DNA of 64,000 nucleotides, taken from the human T2T-CHM13v2.0 reference genome, Homo sapiens. How positions within the stretch are numbered: the stretch's first letter is position 1; each line of letters opens with the position of its first letter. The stretch lies in NCBI RefSeq assembly GCF_009914755.1, contig NC_060931.1, one strand, 5' to 3'. Shown here in pieces: positions 38,966 to 51,928 of the stretch. The position numbers were made by a program, and so were the translations under genes. Below the pieces are notes generated by a model that ran no database searches, was not told the origin of the DNA, and was given only the letters and a program-made list of their open reading frames with translations.

Positions 38966-40408
38966 GCAGGTTGCTCCTAGGTTTCCTTGGGACCTTTCTG
39001 CTGGGCCATCATGCATAGGGGTGGGTGTACCTCCCAGTTTTGGTTAATCCTGTGAGCATTAGCTGAGCTATTCTGGACCAGCCAGCCCCACATGTGCTGA
39101 GTTGTCACTTGGTGCAGGCACTTCAGATGTGGCTGGTGCAGCAAGAGCTGGGGAATAAGACCCTCTGCTTTGGAGATGTTAAAATTGAACATGGATTTAA
39201 GGAGCACTTGCTGTGAGTGGTGCAGGTGCTGGGATCCTCAGCAGGAGAGAGAGCAGTAGGAGGCCTTCAGTCTGCTTGGGGCCACTAGAGGGGCCTTCTT
39301 AGGCTGATCATTGAGAGATTCACAGGATTTTGCAGATAGAGCTGGAGAAAGGGCACTCCAGGCAGGTGGCAGCATTAATGAAGGGGAGGCGGTTTGAAAG
39401 TCTAGGGGCTGCATGAAAAGGCAGAGGGATCAAGTGTGCAGAGCAAGTGCTTGAAGAGAAGGATGTAATAGAAGCTGGGCCAGCGGAGGCCAATGGTTGC
39501 AGGCCTAGAACATGGCTTATACCCAGTTCCCACATTATACTCATGGGCAGAAAATAAGCTAAACCCAGGATCAAGAATCAGCAGTTGAGCAGGGCAGCTT
39601 GGTCCGGTTCAGTTTCTTAAGCCCCAGGAACCTCCCCTGCCCCACACTGCCTGAGGTCGAGCCCCAGGACCACCAGCTTCTGTCCCTCCCTCTTGTGGCC
39701 AAACTCAGCTGGTCTTCATGAGCACCCCAACCTGCCGTTCAGACAATCCTTAAACCTGGATGAGGTCTGTTTGTGTTGTTCAGTCCCACTAGCCTTTGCC
39801 AATGTGTCCCAGGAGTCAGATCCTGTGCTAAGCCCCGTGATGCCTACAGAGATGAGCTCCTCAAGAAGCCTCTGCACCACAGGGTGAGAAAGGACAAAGA
39901 TACACCTAATGTGGTGCTGAAGCAGGCCACAAGTGGGGCAGAAGAGAGCGCAGAGCTCATGTAACCACAGGCTGTTGAAGGGGCTCACTGCCAGCCGAGA
40001 TGGTCAGGAAAGGCTTCTTGGAGGAGGAGAACTTTAGGATGGGCCTTGAAGGCTGGGTAGACAATTAACACCCTCAACCTGTAGACACAGAAACATTTCC
40101 CTAGATGATAGAAAACCTATGGTGATGTCCTTGGCTTCACAGCTGACTGGTTATGAGGAGTCACTTTCCTCCCATGACACACTGACAACTGGCCCCTTCC
40201 CCTAGGAGTGGACAAAGGGTCTTGTCACTCCCTCTCTGTGGCCCAAGGTTAGTGTGTTGTAGAAGCAGTTGCCACATCAGAGGCCCTTCTGTTGCAGAAG
40301 GCAGGGCCCCTTTACTCTATCAGGTGGGTTCTGGGGTGGGTTTGGGTGAAACCAAAAACTCTGCCCCAGGCCAGTTCTCACTGGCAGCAATGGTCTCATT
40401 CTTTGCAG
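38966..40408 (+). other. MINDY4: GC-AG intron separating the oxyanion-Gln exon from the catalytic-Cys exon
   Basis: Only AAG|GCAGGT keeps the frame QNK|GGPC; the nearby GT (+5/+6) would add 4 nt. Confidence 0.88.
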
Positions 40409-40497
40409 GGTGGTCCTTGCGGAGTCCTGGCAGCTGTCCAAGGCTATGTCCTACAGAAACTCCTGTTTGAAGGAGATAGCAAAGCCGACTGTGCTCA
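40409..40497 (+). CDS. MINDY4: MINDY4 catalytic-cysteine exon (about exon 9; 89 bp, phase 0 to 2)
   Basis: ctttgcag|GGT ... CA|gtaagt; [29 protein letters not shown]; Cys codon TGC at 40418-40420 in the MINDY GPC motif. Confidence 0.96.
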
Positions 40498-42479
40498 GTA
40501 AGTCAGTGCTCTTTCTGGCAATATCTTATTTTCCCAAGTCTTCCCCAGAGTGTCCAGAAAAAACAAGCAAGGAAGCATGTGTGTTCCCTGATATTTCCTG
40601 TCTTCTGCAGGTCAAGAAAGGAGAGGTTAATGGCAGCTAGCTGACAAGGCCTGCGCAGACCAGTGTTAAGGGGACTTGTGCGCGTTTGTTTCTGAAAGCG
40701 GGGAGGGTTCTCAGTGGTGCTCCACCTGGGAAGGGGCTGCAGGAACGACATCAAATCCAATTTCCCTCCTCAGACGGCAAGCTGCCCGAATCCCTTCCAC
40801 CCACCAGGTCGACCTGCCGACCTTTCGACTGCGTCCGGGCCTCCCTTCCCTCCCCACGCTATCTCCCCTCTGCCAACATTCATAACCACACATTCCAGGC
40901 CGCCCCACAGATCATCACTTCCACTCCCTGCAGCCGTTCAGTTTCCATTTCACACATTAAGTGTTTGCACATGAGCACCTTATTCTCATTCATTCAGCAC
41001 ACATTCCTGGAACATCTCTGTGCAGGCACAAATGATACAGGGGAGAATTAGATGAGTTCTGTCCTCTCCAGAAATGCTCCATGAGGTTGAGAGGCAGATA
41101 GAAAACCCCAATCCCATACCATCGTTGGTGCCAAGATGAAAGGATTGGCAGGGCACTGGTGGGGCTGGAGGCGAGGCCTTCTTGAGGAAGTGACCTGCCT
41201 CTCTTTCCCTCCCTGCAGGCCCGGTTACCAGCTTGTACCGAGTCACCCTCAGAGCTACAGAACTTCTGGCAATTGGCCTTTTTTAAAAAAAAAAAATTTA
41301 GTTAAAATATAACATATACACAGTAGTTATACTATGTGTGTTCTGCTCAATGAATTATCACAAAACCGCACACCCATGAACACATTGTCTAGATTAAGAA
41401 AAAATATTTCTAGTACTCCAGAAGCATCCTCTGGTACCCAGCAGGTACCCCTATTCTCCTGAAGTTATATTAATAATTAAATGGATTTTAAAACCATAGC
41501 TTAATCTTGCCAGTTCCTGAACTTTATTGAAAGGTACTTGTTCTTTGAAATAAGCATTTGAGAATCTTTTTTAAAAAAGCCTAGGTGTTACCCAGACAAC
41601 AAGACCCATTTCCCATGCATTCCTGGGAACGACACTGTTCACTAGGAGAGCCATCCAGCCAAGCTTGGTACTCCAATGAAACACATTTCACCAGCACGGA
41701 TGATTTTTCCTTAGTTAGGGTTCAAGTGAAGGTGGCTTTTCATGCTTGGCATCTTAAAATTTTTTCCAATGGTTTTGCACAGTAATAATTGAGGTGTTTC
41801 CTCTCCAACCAAAAATGCTAATCAGAAGCACAGCAATGTAACACTTCCGTGGCAAGATCTCACCTGTCCTTGTTCTTCTCTCTGCTTCCCCTCCCCTTTG
41901 CTCTCCGGTCGATCCTTCGTGGCTCTTGTCTGTACAGGATCATGCCCCACTGCCTGCTCTGGAAGTTCAGCCCCACAAAGGGCTGGGAGGTTTGAATGTC
42001 ATGGGCAGAGACCCTGCCATCAGCTCTCCCTGGTGGGCTCAACACAGTCCTGTATGCTCAGGAATGCTCCTGACTGGGTGGAACTTTGCTAAGTAAGAAC
42101 CGCTGGCTGCCCTCAGAGGGTACAGGGATACTGAGCACATATGCACCTACCTACCTACCCACCTTCCTTCCTTGCACTGAAAAAAATGTGCAGAGTGTGC
42201 TTAGCAGGTCCTCAGCAGGGATACAGGGCTGAACAAGACACATACAGGTGCCCTCATGGCACCTATGATTGAACAGGAGAGCCAGACAGGAACAGGTGGT
42301 TACAGGGGACATGCACGGTGCTAAGGGTTCATCTGGACATGAAGTGGCTCAGGGCGGGCAGCCTGGTGGACTGACATTTTCATCTTACGGAGATAGGAAG
42401 GATGGACAGAACCCCTGATTCCCCTTCATATGCATCCTTGCACACTCTTATTCCCCCTCAAATTGTTTTCACCTTCCCA

Positions 42480-42850
42480 GCAAATATTCTCAAACACCTT
42501 CCTGAGCCCTCAGGCTCTGTGCTCAGGCGCTGTGCCTGCTGGCTCCTCTCATTGCACAGAGGCCACATCTTTGTGGAGGCCTCCTGGGACCTCCCCCATT
42601 AAGATAAAACCAGGCCCTGCCTCTAATAACTCCACTGCCAGCTGGTGCTCTTGCTCATCGATATGGTTACCTGTCCACATCTGCCGCCACCTACTACTGC
42701 CCACCCCACTCCAGAACACAAGCCCCGTGAGAACAGGGACCTTCCTGAGCTGGTTCACAGCCAGGGCCCTGGCATCCAGCCCTGTGTCTGGTCCACAGAA
42801 GAGGCCCTCAGAATTTTTGTTGAGAGAACACATGGACAAATGAATGAGTT
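42480..42850. mobile_element. L2 3' end fragment
   Basis: gtgagaacagggacc...cctgtgtctggtccacagaagaggccctcagaatttttgttgag...aatgaatgag. Confidence 0.6.
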
Positions 42851-43718
42851 ATCCAAACAGGGAGGGGAGGCAGAATGGTATTCCAGTAAAGAGAACAAGA
42901 TGTGCAAAGCCTGTGGGCAGTGAGAGGAGTGGAGGAGTCACTGGGGGTGGTTAGGGCAGCATTTGGAGGAGGAGGGTGGGAGCTGGGGTAGTGGCAGGTC
43001 AGCGCCAGGCTGCCAGAGGGGCCTTGGGTGCTGCCAGCTGCTTGGATCAAGCCTTGGCCCTTGCAGGAGATTGTCTCTAAACTCATTTCAGCCTAGTGCT
43101 CCTTCAGAGTTGCTTTTGAACTTCACCGTGGGCTTCTGGGGGAACTTGTGGATGGTTTCCCAACAGTCAGGACAAGGCATTTAAGCATGTTCCAGGAAGA
43201 GCCGACTCTGCTCAGGGCACAAGGCAGACTTGGTTTTTGTTACCCCACCCCCAGGCCACATCCATGGGGTGGAAGCCCACTGCTGTCCACACCAGGGAGG
43301 GAAGCCAGGCCTTAGAAGGCAAAAGCCATCCAGGTTGGGATCCCAAGGGGGTGTCTGGGTAGAAAGAAAACTGCTAAGCTGGAGGAGTGAGGTTTTCTAT
43401 CTGTCGTTGCCGGCCAGGCAGGTACCTCCTAGCTGCAGGCCAAGGATGGTGCAGCCCAGTGGGTCCTGGGGCTGTGGGGGTGGGCAGAGGAGGAGGGAAG
43501 AAGGAGCTGCTGGCCTGTTGGGGGTCATCATGTGTGGAGGTGTGCCAGGTGCCAAGGAGCCAGACCTTATGGGGGGGCCTGCCTGGCTGGACCAGAGGAG
43601 GTCTGTGCCATGCAGCTGGGAGAGCACGGCCTGCTGGCCAGGGCCACCTTCTCCAGCGAGCCTGGAAGGATTCATGGTGTAGGAGAGTGACCTCGCTTTT
43701 GTTTGGAGCCCTGCAACT

Positions 43719-43773
43719 CTGGGTGCTGCTTGTAGCCCACCCCCTGGACTGGGTGCTGCTTGTAGCCCACCCC
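43719..43773 (+). repeat. Tandem duplication, 30-bp period, about 1.8 copies
   Basis: CTGGGTGCTGCTTGTAGCCCACCCC present twice, identical. Confidence 0.9.
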
Positions 43774-46344
43774 TACCGGCTGCTGCCCCATCACAGAGGT
43801 GCTGTGCTGTGCAGGTTGAGTGAAGCGGTCTGACTTCCTGCTCCCACAGACCTCCTAGCAGGCCTCAGGGGACATTCTTCAGACTCCCCTGAGAGGGAGG
43901 AGTGGAGAGCCTGGCTTAGTTATGGAGCTCGCTGAAAAAGCCTCAGGGGACTCAGGCAGAGCTGTCACAGGGAGACAAGCTGGGGAGGCCCAGAGACCGT
44001 CTCCCCTGACCCCAGCAAGGACTCGCCTCCTCCTGGTGATGGGCCCTGGGCAGCAGGCACCAGATGCCCTCCCCAGCCCTCCCACCCCAGTCTCCTCCCA
44101 CTCTCCTGCACTGGTCCTGCCTCAGGTCGCAGGTAGATAGGGGTTGGGGAGGAAGAACCCTCCTGAGGACAGGTTAGGGCTTCTGTCAAGTGAAGACCCG
44201 GAAGACCAGGGAGTGAGGGCCTGCTGTCGGGGGCCTGGAGAAGAGAAGGGAGGTGGAGTCCATGTCACTGCTTTGCCAAGGCCCTGAAGGTCAGAGGCTA
44301 CAGAAGGTTGTCCTTGCCAAGTGGGTGGGTGTCTAGCCTGTAGATGTTGGTGCCCAGGCTGGGAGGGGGAATGCCTGGCTTTGTGCCCCTCAGCCACCCT
44401 GGGAGAGGGGAAGGGTGCTGAAGAGGGTACCAGACCGGGTCAGGACCTGGATTATGGTTGTGTGGAAACAGGGCATCACTTTCTCCGTTTGTGAACTAGG
44501 AATAGTCATCTCTGGCTTGCCTAAATTGGACTCAGTAAGAAAATGCAAAGTCCTTTGTAAATCTTCAAGGGCTCTATAAGTGAGTAGGGCCATTGAACTC
44601 AGCCTGCCATGGTACAGATGGGGAAACTGAGGCCCAGAGAGGGAAAGATGGTTGTTCAGGGTCACATCTGGCATCCCTGGCAGAACCAAGACTGGCACCT
44701 GGTGCCCCTGTGTCACATTGTGCTGCTGTGCCCTGCAAGAGGCATGGAGCAGTGGGGGCCCAGGGAGGCCAGGAGGAAGGCTGAGGGCTCTGAGTTTTAG
44801 ACTTCCATCGCTGGACACCCACACAGACTCCTAGGGACCAAGGGGTGGCTCTGTTCATGAACGGCTTCACGGTGGAACCTCCCCTTTGGCTTTAAGTTAG
44901 AAAAGATGAACACAGAAGAGTACAGAGAGCAACATAGCAAACACCTACAGAGCCCCTGCCCCACACGAGCAAAGGGAAACACTGGGTCACGTGGGCAGGA
45001 ACCTCTCTCAGTCCTCAGCTCCTCGGTTTCATTGACTTATATAGTTTTCACATTGATTGATTGTGTTATTGATGTTCCTTCAAAAGCCATGTGTGAATGG
45101 TTGGGTGTGAGGCCTCAGCACTCCCTTTTGACTCTGAAATTCTAGGATTTCAGACATGATCCAGCTTAAAAAAAAAAAAAAAAAAGGGCAAGCTCTTCTG
45201 TTTTCTTCAGGAACACCACGATGACCTGCCATCAGCTGCCATCTGCTCTGCGGCTCTGGGGAGCTCAGGCCCTGTGGACCCAGAGGCAGCCCCTGCACTT
45301 TCCTGCCTGTGTGCGGGGTCTGCCTTGGCCCTGGAGGCCCCCACCTCAGATGTTGCCCACCACATCTGGTGGGGAAATGGTTCTGTGAAAGCAGATGGAG
45401 GATGGGATCGCACCCTCCAGGGAAGTCACGCTGAAATAAAGGCATCTTGGCAGTGGTGGTGTTTTTTCTGCAGGACTGTCTGGCTTCATTACGACTCATT
45501 CCATCAGGCCGGCAGCCGGCCTCTCCTCAGTCGGGAAGGATGGAGCTGGGCAGCAGTACTTGGTGTTTTTCCACTTGAGAAGAGGCTGTGCCGGCTTGGC
45601 TCACAGAAAGAGATGAAGAGCTCTTGATCCCCCTGAAGGCCTGGAGAGAGCCACAGGCCAGGAACGGCCCTCAGAGGCGGGTGCGGATCTGAGAGTCGGG
45701 GAATCCAGGAAGTCCTCCTCTCACTTCCACTTCCCCTCTGAAGTTGGGGAATTCGAGGCCCAGATAAGGAGAGGTGCTTGCCCAAGGCCTCTGTGGACAT
45801 TGGTAGCAGAACCTATGGTCCTGCAGCCCCAGGCCAGCCTTTCTACCCCCTATTGCAGCTTTTGACCCTGAGAGGGAGCAGACAGGGAGCTCCCCCAAAT
45901 TATAGACTCTGTACATGGCTCCATGGGCACGTCACAGTGGACAGGTGAGGCTATTTTGAGAAAGTTAGGGTAGAAACATCTCTTTCATCTGAAACACTTG
46001 GGTAATTTAGGTAAAAGCAGGATGTATTATTCCCTCAAGATCATTTATTTTCCCTATCTCTAGATAAATGTCTTTTTCCTGCACTTCACCTGTGAGGAAT
46101 TCGACTCTTAAAGAAACTTCTCTTGGTTTAAGAGCCTGGCCAGGTGCCAGCCTCCTGGGAGGAGTCTGACTGATCAGGAAATGCAGACCTGTTTGTCACC
46201 TGGGTTCTGCCAGTGAAGGCGTGCGCTGAGCTATCTGGTAAAGGCCTGGGTGATTCAGACGCAGGACCTTTCCCTGTCATCATCTGTGGGTGCAGGTTCT
46301 CACGCAGGCACATACAGCCCTGGCTAATCTGGGGTGGGTTAAAT

Positions 46345-46676
46345 CCACGGTCCCCAGCCTTTTTGGCACCAGGGACTGGTTTTGTGGAAGACAATTTTTC
46401 CATGGACTGGAGGTGGGGGTGGGATGGTTTCGGTATGATTCAAGTGCATTACATTTATCATTAGATTCTCATAAGGAGCGCGCAACCTAGATCCCTCGCA
46501 TGCACAATTCACAATAGGGTTCCTGCCCCCACGAGAGTCTTATGCCACTGCTGATCTGACAGCAGGCAGAACGCAGCTTCACTGGCTCGTCCGCTGCTCA
46601 CCTCCTGCTGTGCGGCCTGGTTCCTAACAGGCCACAGACCAGTGCCAGTCTGTGGCCTGGGGGTTGGGAACTCCTG
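46345..46676. mobile_element. MER1B hAT-Charlie element
   Basis: cggtccccagcctttttggcaccagggactggtttt...ggggttgggaactcctg; 8-bp TSD GGTTAAAT/GGTTAAAG. Confidence 0.88.
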
Positions 46677-47199
46677 GGTTAAAGACAGAATGGCAGTGTT
46701 GGAATGATGCTTTGGGGGCATCTGACCCAGTGTCTGCATTTGTAGGTGGGCAGGGAAACAAAGGCCAGGGAGGGCAACGGTTTTACCAGAACCTGTGAAC
46801 CAGGAATCCAGCCCAAGCCTCTTACCTGTCTGATCACTGTACTTTTTCCAACTCTACTGTGTTTTCTAGAAAACTGTGTCTCAAAAGAGAAAGATGGAGA
46901 AGGCCCAGGGAAGAATAGAGAGACTGGCAGAGTTACTAACTGGAAGCCAATGAAAAGAATGAGGACTTGTGCTTGGAGACATGGTGGTTCAAAGGGGCTG
47001 TAAGCAGAGCCTGTAGGATGAGGGGACAGGCCCTGCCCAAGAGCAAGATCTCTTGATTGTGTTACATGGTGCTGAAAAGACAGGGTCAAAGGCAAAGGAG
47101 GCTGGTTCCTGAAACCAGGTGCCCACGGCAGTTGGTTCTACTTACCCAAGCTCTCCTTCCTTCCTCAGTGTTTATTTTTTCCAGTTTTTACTAACTATC

Positions 47200-47350
47200 T
47201 GATCTGAGTAAATCACTGTGTCTCCATGCCTCAGTTTCCCCATTTTACAAAGAGGATATAATGGTACCTCCCTCATAGGGTTGCTTTAACAATTTGATGA
47301 AATAACATGGAAAGAGTTTATAACAGTGTCTGGCACATGATAAATACTCT
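47200..47350. mobile_element. MIR
   Basis: gcctcagtttccccatttt...cctcatagggttg...agtgtctggcacat. Confidence 0.7.
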
Positions 47351-47365
47351 ATATATGTGTGTGTG

Positions 47366-47682
<317 letters not shown>

Positions 47683-50102
47683 ACTGTTGGCTTTTAAAAT
47701 CTTATTTGTTGCTACACTGAGAAGCTTCCAACTGAGAATTACCTGCTTCAGTAAGTTAGTGTAGAAGTGTTTGACAGGGGGTCTCCTTACTTCCAGATAT
47801 GGAGTTTTTCCAGCTTAGGTGTTCTAGGCAGAAAGTACACTCCAGGCACGATTTTGTGTAACGTCTATCCATGTTGGGGAACACTGGTCACACCTGTGTT
47901 GTAGGAAGACACGCCCCCACCCCCACCCCATGTGTATGTGCAATGGTGATTGGACGGTGGGGTGAGATGGAGCAAAACTGCTGGTGGGGCACTGGCTGTA
48001 ACAGCTGAACTGAGGGCAGAACACCCTGGCCTGGGCCACACAGCAGGGGAAGGGTGGGCATGAGGTACTCAGGATGTGCAGTTGACAGTACATGGCCATC
48101 ATTTGTATGAGAGCAGGGCATGAAGCAGGAGCTGTGGGGGTGATGGAGTCACATTTGTGGGTTCTGAGTCCAGTCCTTTCTCCTTTTTCTGATAAGCTCT
48201 GCTTTCCAGGGCCCCCTTAGTCCTTGGTGTGGGCTCTCCTGAAACCTAGAGCAATGTTTTCTCATGGTGGTTTTCATAGTGAACCGTGACCTGGGCCAGT
48301 GCTCCCAGCAGCTGGGGCATCCGGTTCGGTGAATGCTTGGTAACTATTTCCTCCAAGGAACATGATGGGCTTCCTGAGGCCAAAGAAGTGTCAGGCAGTA
48401 GCTGTTTTATTTTCTTAAGTGCTTGAGTGCTTGTTGCTTGTCTCATTGGATTTGAAGGATTTCCAGTGTCAGAGGCTTGGTGTCACTTTCATATTAGATG
48501 TTGGAAATCCACTTTCCCCTTGTCATGGCCCAAGTGGGGACTTAATGGTTTCATAAAGACAATAGTCATACGCGCCATTGATTGAATAGTCACCACGTGC
48601 CAGCCACTGGTCCAGGGACCTTACAAACATCTCCTTTAAAGCCACGAGGGAGGTGCAGTGGTCATTGCCAGTTTATGGATGAGGAAACTGAGGGGCCACT
48701 GTGTTCTGTCACCTTTTAAAGTAATTGGACCACAGCAGCCTAGGTGTAGGTCACTGGCTATGTGTCCCAGGCACTGGGCAGTGACCACATGCTGCCCACT
48801 GTGGTGGGCTGGGTTCTGGTCTGGTTTCTTTTCTCCTGTCCTGGAAAAGAGGGACGAACTTCAGTATTCTTCCTCCCCAGCACAGTTCCGCATGGAGCTC
48901 AGGAATTATTTGGTGACTGAAGGCAGAGAACCCCCTCCTCTGTATTCCTTTGAGCCCTAGCAGAGTCTTCATCAAGTCCTTTTGTTTGTTAGGGAGAGAC
49001 CAGCTAGCTTCCGTATGAGTTTTTTAAAAATTTGCAGAATCCAAGAGAAGCCTAGAAGTACACCTCGAAGGAGTCCTGGGAATATGAAATGGAAAGAAAT
49101 ACGTATATTCGGCTGTTTCCCTTCCCTCTCATTCAGTTCAGGCACCAGGGACCTCTTAGTTACCATTTTTATTATAGAGAGGTCTCTGCCATGTTTGATA
49201 CAGCTGACTGCCTGTCCATTTGATCCTACGACTGTGTCGTGGCACTCTCTCCTCATTCTGCCCCTCTGACCCTTCTTCCTCTGCCTCCGCTGATTCCTTA
49301 GAGTTCCACAGGGTTCCACCCTTGGCCACGGTCTCTGTTTTTCCTCATTCTGTCTCTGGGAAATCTGTGCCCAGCCCCAGCTGCTCTCTTGGGCTTTCTA
49401 CATGTCTGACAGCCTTATCTAAAGATCTGAGTGCATCTCAAACTCAGTAAGTCTGAAGTGTGACTCTTTATCTTCTATCTCCAGCTACCTCTTCCCAGCC
49501 ACATTGTCCTTATTTTGCTTGATGGCACCACCATGTGCCCACTCAAAACACAGAGCTCATCCTTGAATCTGTCCTGCCACTCATCCCCCACTCTCTGTGT
49601 CTAAATGTCCAGCAAGTGAGGCTGCTGTCCCCTTGGCCCTGGCAGTGAATAGCACCTGCCTGTACGTGCTACTGACTCCAGAGGCTTGGAGGTGGGCATG
49701 GCCAGGGCCAGGGCAGGGTCCTGAGATGGCAGTCATTCCCGAGCACTGCTGGCTGGGCCTCCCAGTCCCTGCCAGAACTCATGGCACTTTCTCTCACACA
49801 CTTCTGGGCCCCACCAAGCCTGCAGAGCCCTCTTTGCTCCTGTGGGCCCTTTCCTCTGCCTCCTCCTTCACCAGCCCCACCCAGGGCCTCCCACTTGAAG
49901 GCACCTCCTTTGGCCCTCAGCTGTGGAGACCCCTCTTTCCTGGGCTTTGCCTTGGGGCTCCTGGGCTGCAGGTGGCCCCTCTGCAGGCCAGAGAAAGAAC
50001 AGGCCATCTGCGGAGGGGACTGCCTGACCACACTAAGTAGAGCTGCACCATCTCAACCTTGTGTCCACATGGGCATAAATGCCTTCCTTTTCTTGTCCGC
50101 AG

Positions 50103-50204
50103 GGGACTGCAGCCTTCAGATGCCCACCGGACCCGCTGCCTCGTCCTGGCCCTCGCAGACATTGTGTGGCGGGCAGGGGGCCGAGAGAGAGCCGTTGTTG
50201 CACT
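50103..50204 (+). CDS. MINDY4: MINDY4 coding exon (about exon 10; 102 bp, phase 2 to 2)
   Basis: tcttgtccgcag|G ... CT|gtaagt; [33 protein letters not shown](L). Confidence 0.95.
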
Positions 50205-50914
50205 GTAAGTGGTTCCGAGGTCTGTGTTGCCGTGGCTCATCGTCTGCTGGCAGCTGCCGGCAAGCTGGCTGTGTATGCTCCTATCCTTGGGTCCTTCCGT
50301 TACCCACCCTGTGCCACATGCTGGGATGAGCCCTGCAAGCCAGCCTGATGTGCTGAGCAGCCGCAGACTCAGGGAGAGCCCTGGCCTTCCATGCGGCCCT
50401 GCGATGCCCTCTCTGGGCTCCAGTTCTCATGTTGGAAGGCGTGGTCTGTCTGCCCTGCCTTCCTCCTGAGGAGCTCTGGGGTGACCCCTCAGAGGAAGCC
50501 TCTGACCCCTGCAGCCAGCTCCTCTCTATAGTTCTCTGATCTGGAGGCCTCAGGAAATAGCCCCTCAGGTTGAGTCAGTCCTGACCCCACTGTACTGCTC
50601 TTCCCAGTCCCCAAAGCACACTGCCATTTGCTCTGTCACTTGGGTCCCCATCCCATAAAGACTCAGGGAGGTGAGGTGGAGCCCAGGCCCTGGACCCAGT
50701 TATCCTGACCCGCATCGTCTCTTCACCGCTGGCCCCATTCTACTGCATATAACCCACATGCAAGGTTTGCTGGGTCTTCAGCCTGATCCGTCAGAGTGGA
50801 AGCATCGCTGTCCCAGCTGTGAGGCTAAGCGGTAGTATAAGGAGATCACTTTTGGGGCCAAGGACCATACTCTGGGGGCACGTTGGTCACTGTAGCATAT
50901 TGCTTCAGAGAAAG

Positions 50915-51200
50915 GACTCTTAGGTCAGACTCCCAATGCTGTTGCTTATTGGCTGTGTGACGTTGGGCAATGGATGTAATCGCTCTGTTTACTCATCTGG
51001 AAAATGGGGATGATTATAACAATTACTTACTTGGATGGCTGTGAGACCTAAATGAGTCAGTATAAAGAAATGATATAAATATGATTATCAGTTTAAATCA
51101 TTTTATCAATATGAATAGCTGATAAATAATAATAATTGCGAAGTGCTTAGGACAGTGTCTGGCACATACTAAGCACCACGTTTTAGATATCGTTATTTGT
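50915..51200. mobile_element. MIR
   Basis: gctgtgtgacgttgggcaa...ctcatctggaaaatggggatga...gtgcttaggacagtgtctggcacat. Confidence 0.7.
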
Positions 51201-51864
51201 TTTTGTTATTATTACTGTCACTTGTCTTTGGTACTCACCTTCCAGTTAACTTATTAACCCCGGCCCTTAGGATCTGCAGGGCAGCCCTGAGAACAGATGG
51301 GGCAGGAATTCAATTTCTCCCTGTTTTACAGATTAGGAAACAGAAGCCCAGAGAGGGAGGGTGGCTGGTCCAAGGCTACACAGCCACTAAAGGAGCACGG
51401 GGCCCCAAACCCGGCTCCGATTCCTGGACGTCTTGGGCTACACACCCCTGGGGACTGCACACCCAGGGGGAGCCTCGGAGAGGATGGAGGTGGAGTTCCT
51501 CCATCAGTGAAAACAAAGGGCAAGTCAGCATTCCGCAGTCTGGAAACACATTTGTCAGTTGTGGGTGAGAGTCAGACTTCCTACTGCCAGGGCTTGGGTT
51601 TGGGTTTGGTTATTCCAAGCTCTCCCTTTGCAGTCTTTTTTCCATTTCTTTTTTTTTTCTTTTAAATCCTGCTATTGGAGTTCTCTGGGCCCAGCCTAGT
51701 GGGTGAGTTCAAAGTGGGGAAAAATGAGAAACTCTTGGCTCCATTTTCTCTCTGGAGCCACCTTCTTATTTGTCCTTATTTAATGACACATGTGGTTTCG
51801 CCCCGGCTGGAGGGCACGCCTTCTCTCCACTCAGAGGACTCATGCACCTTCCTTTCCTTTTTAG

Positions 51865-51928
51865 GGCTTCGAGAACACAGCAGTTCAGTCCAACAGGGAA
51901 ATACAAAGCAGATGGAGTCTTAGAAACA
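51865..51928 (+). CDS. MINDY4: MINDY4 coding exon (about exon 11; 64 bp, phase 2 to 0)
   Basis: cctttttag|G ... ACA|gtacga; [21 protein letters not shown]. Confidence 0.93.

Noticed and set aside
39280-39297. CTCF-like motif CCACTAGAGGGGCC (similar at about 17203 and 15790)
   Set aside because: Mismatches at core positions; not supportable without ChIP data
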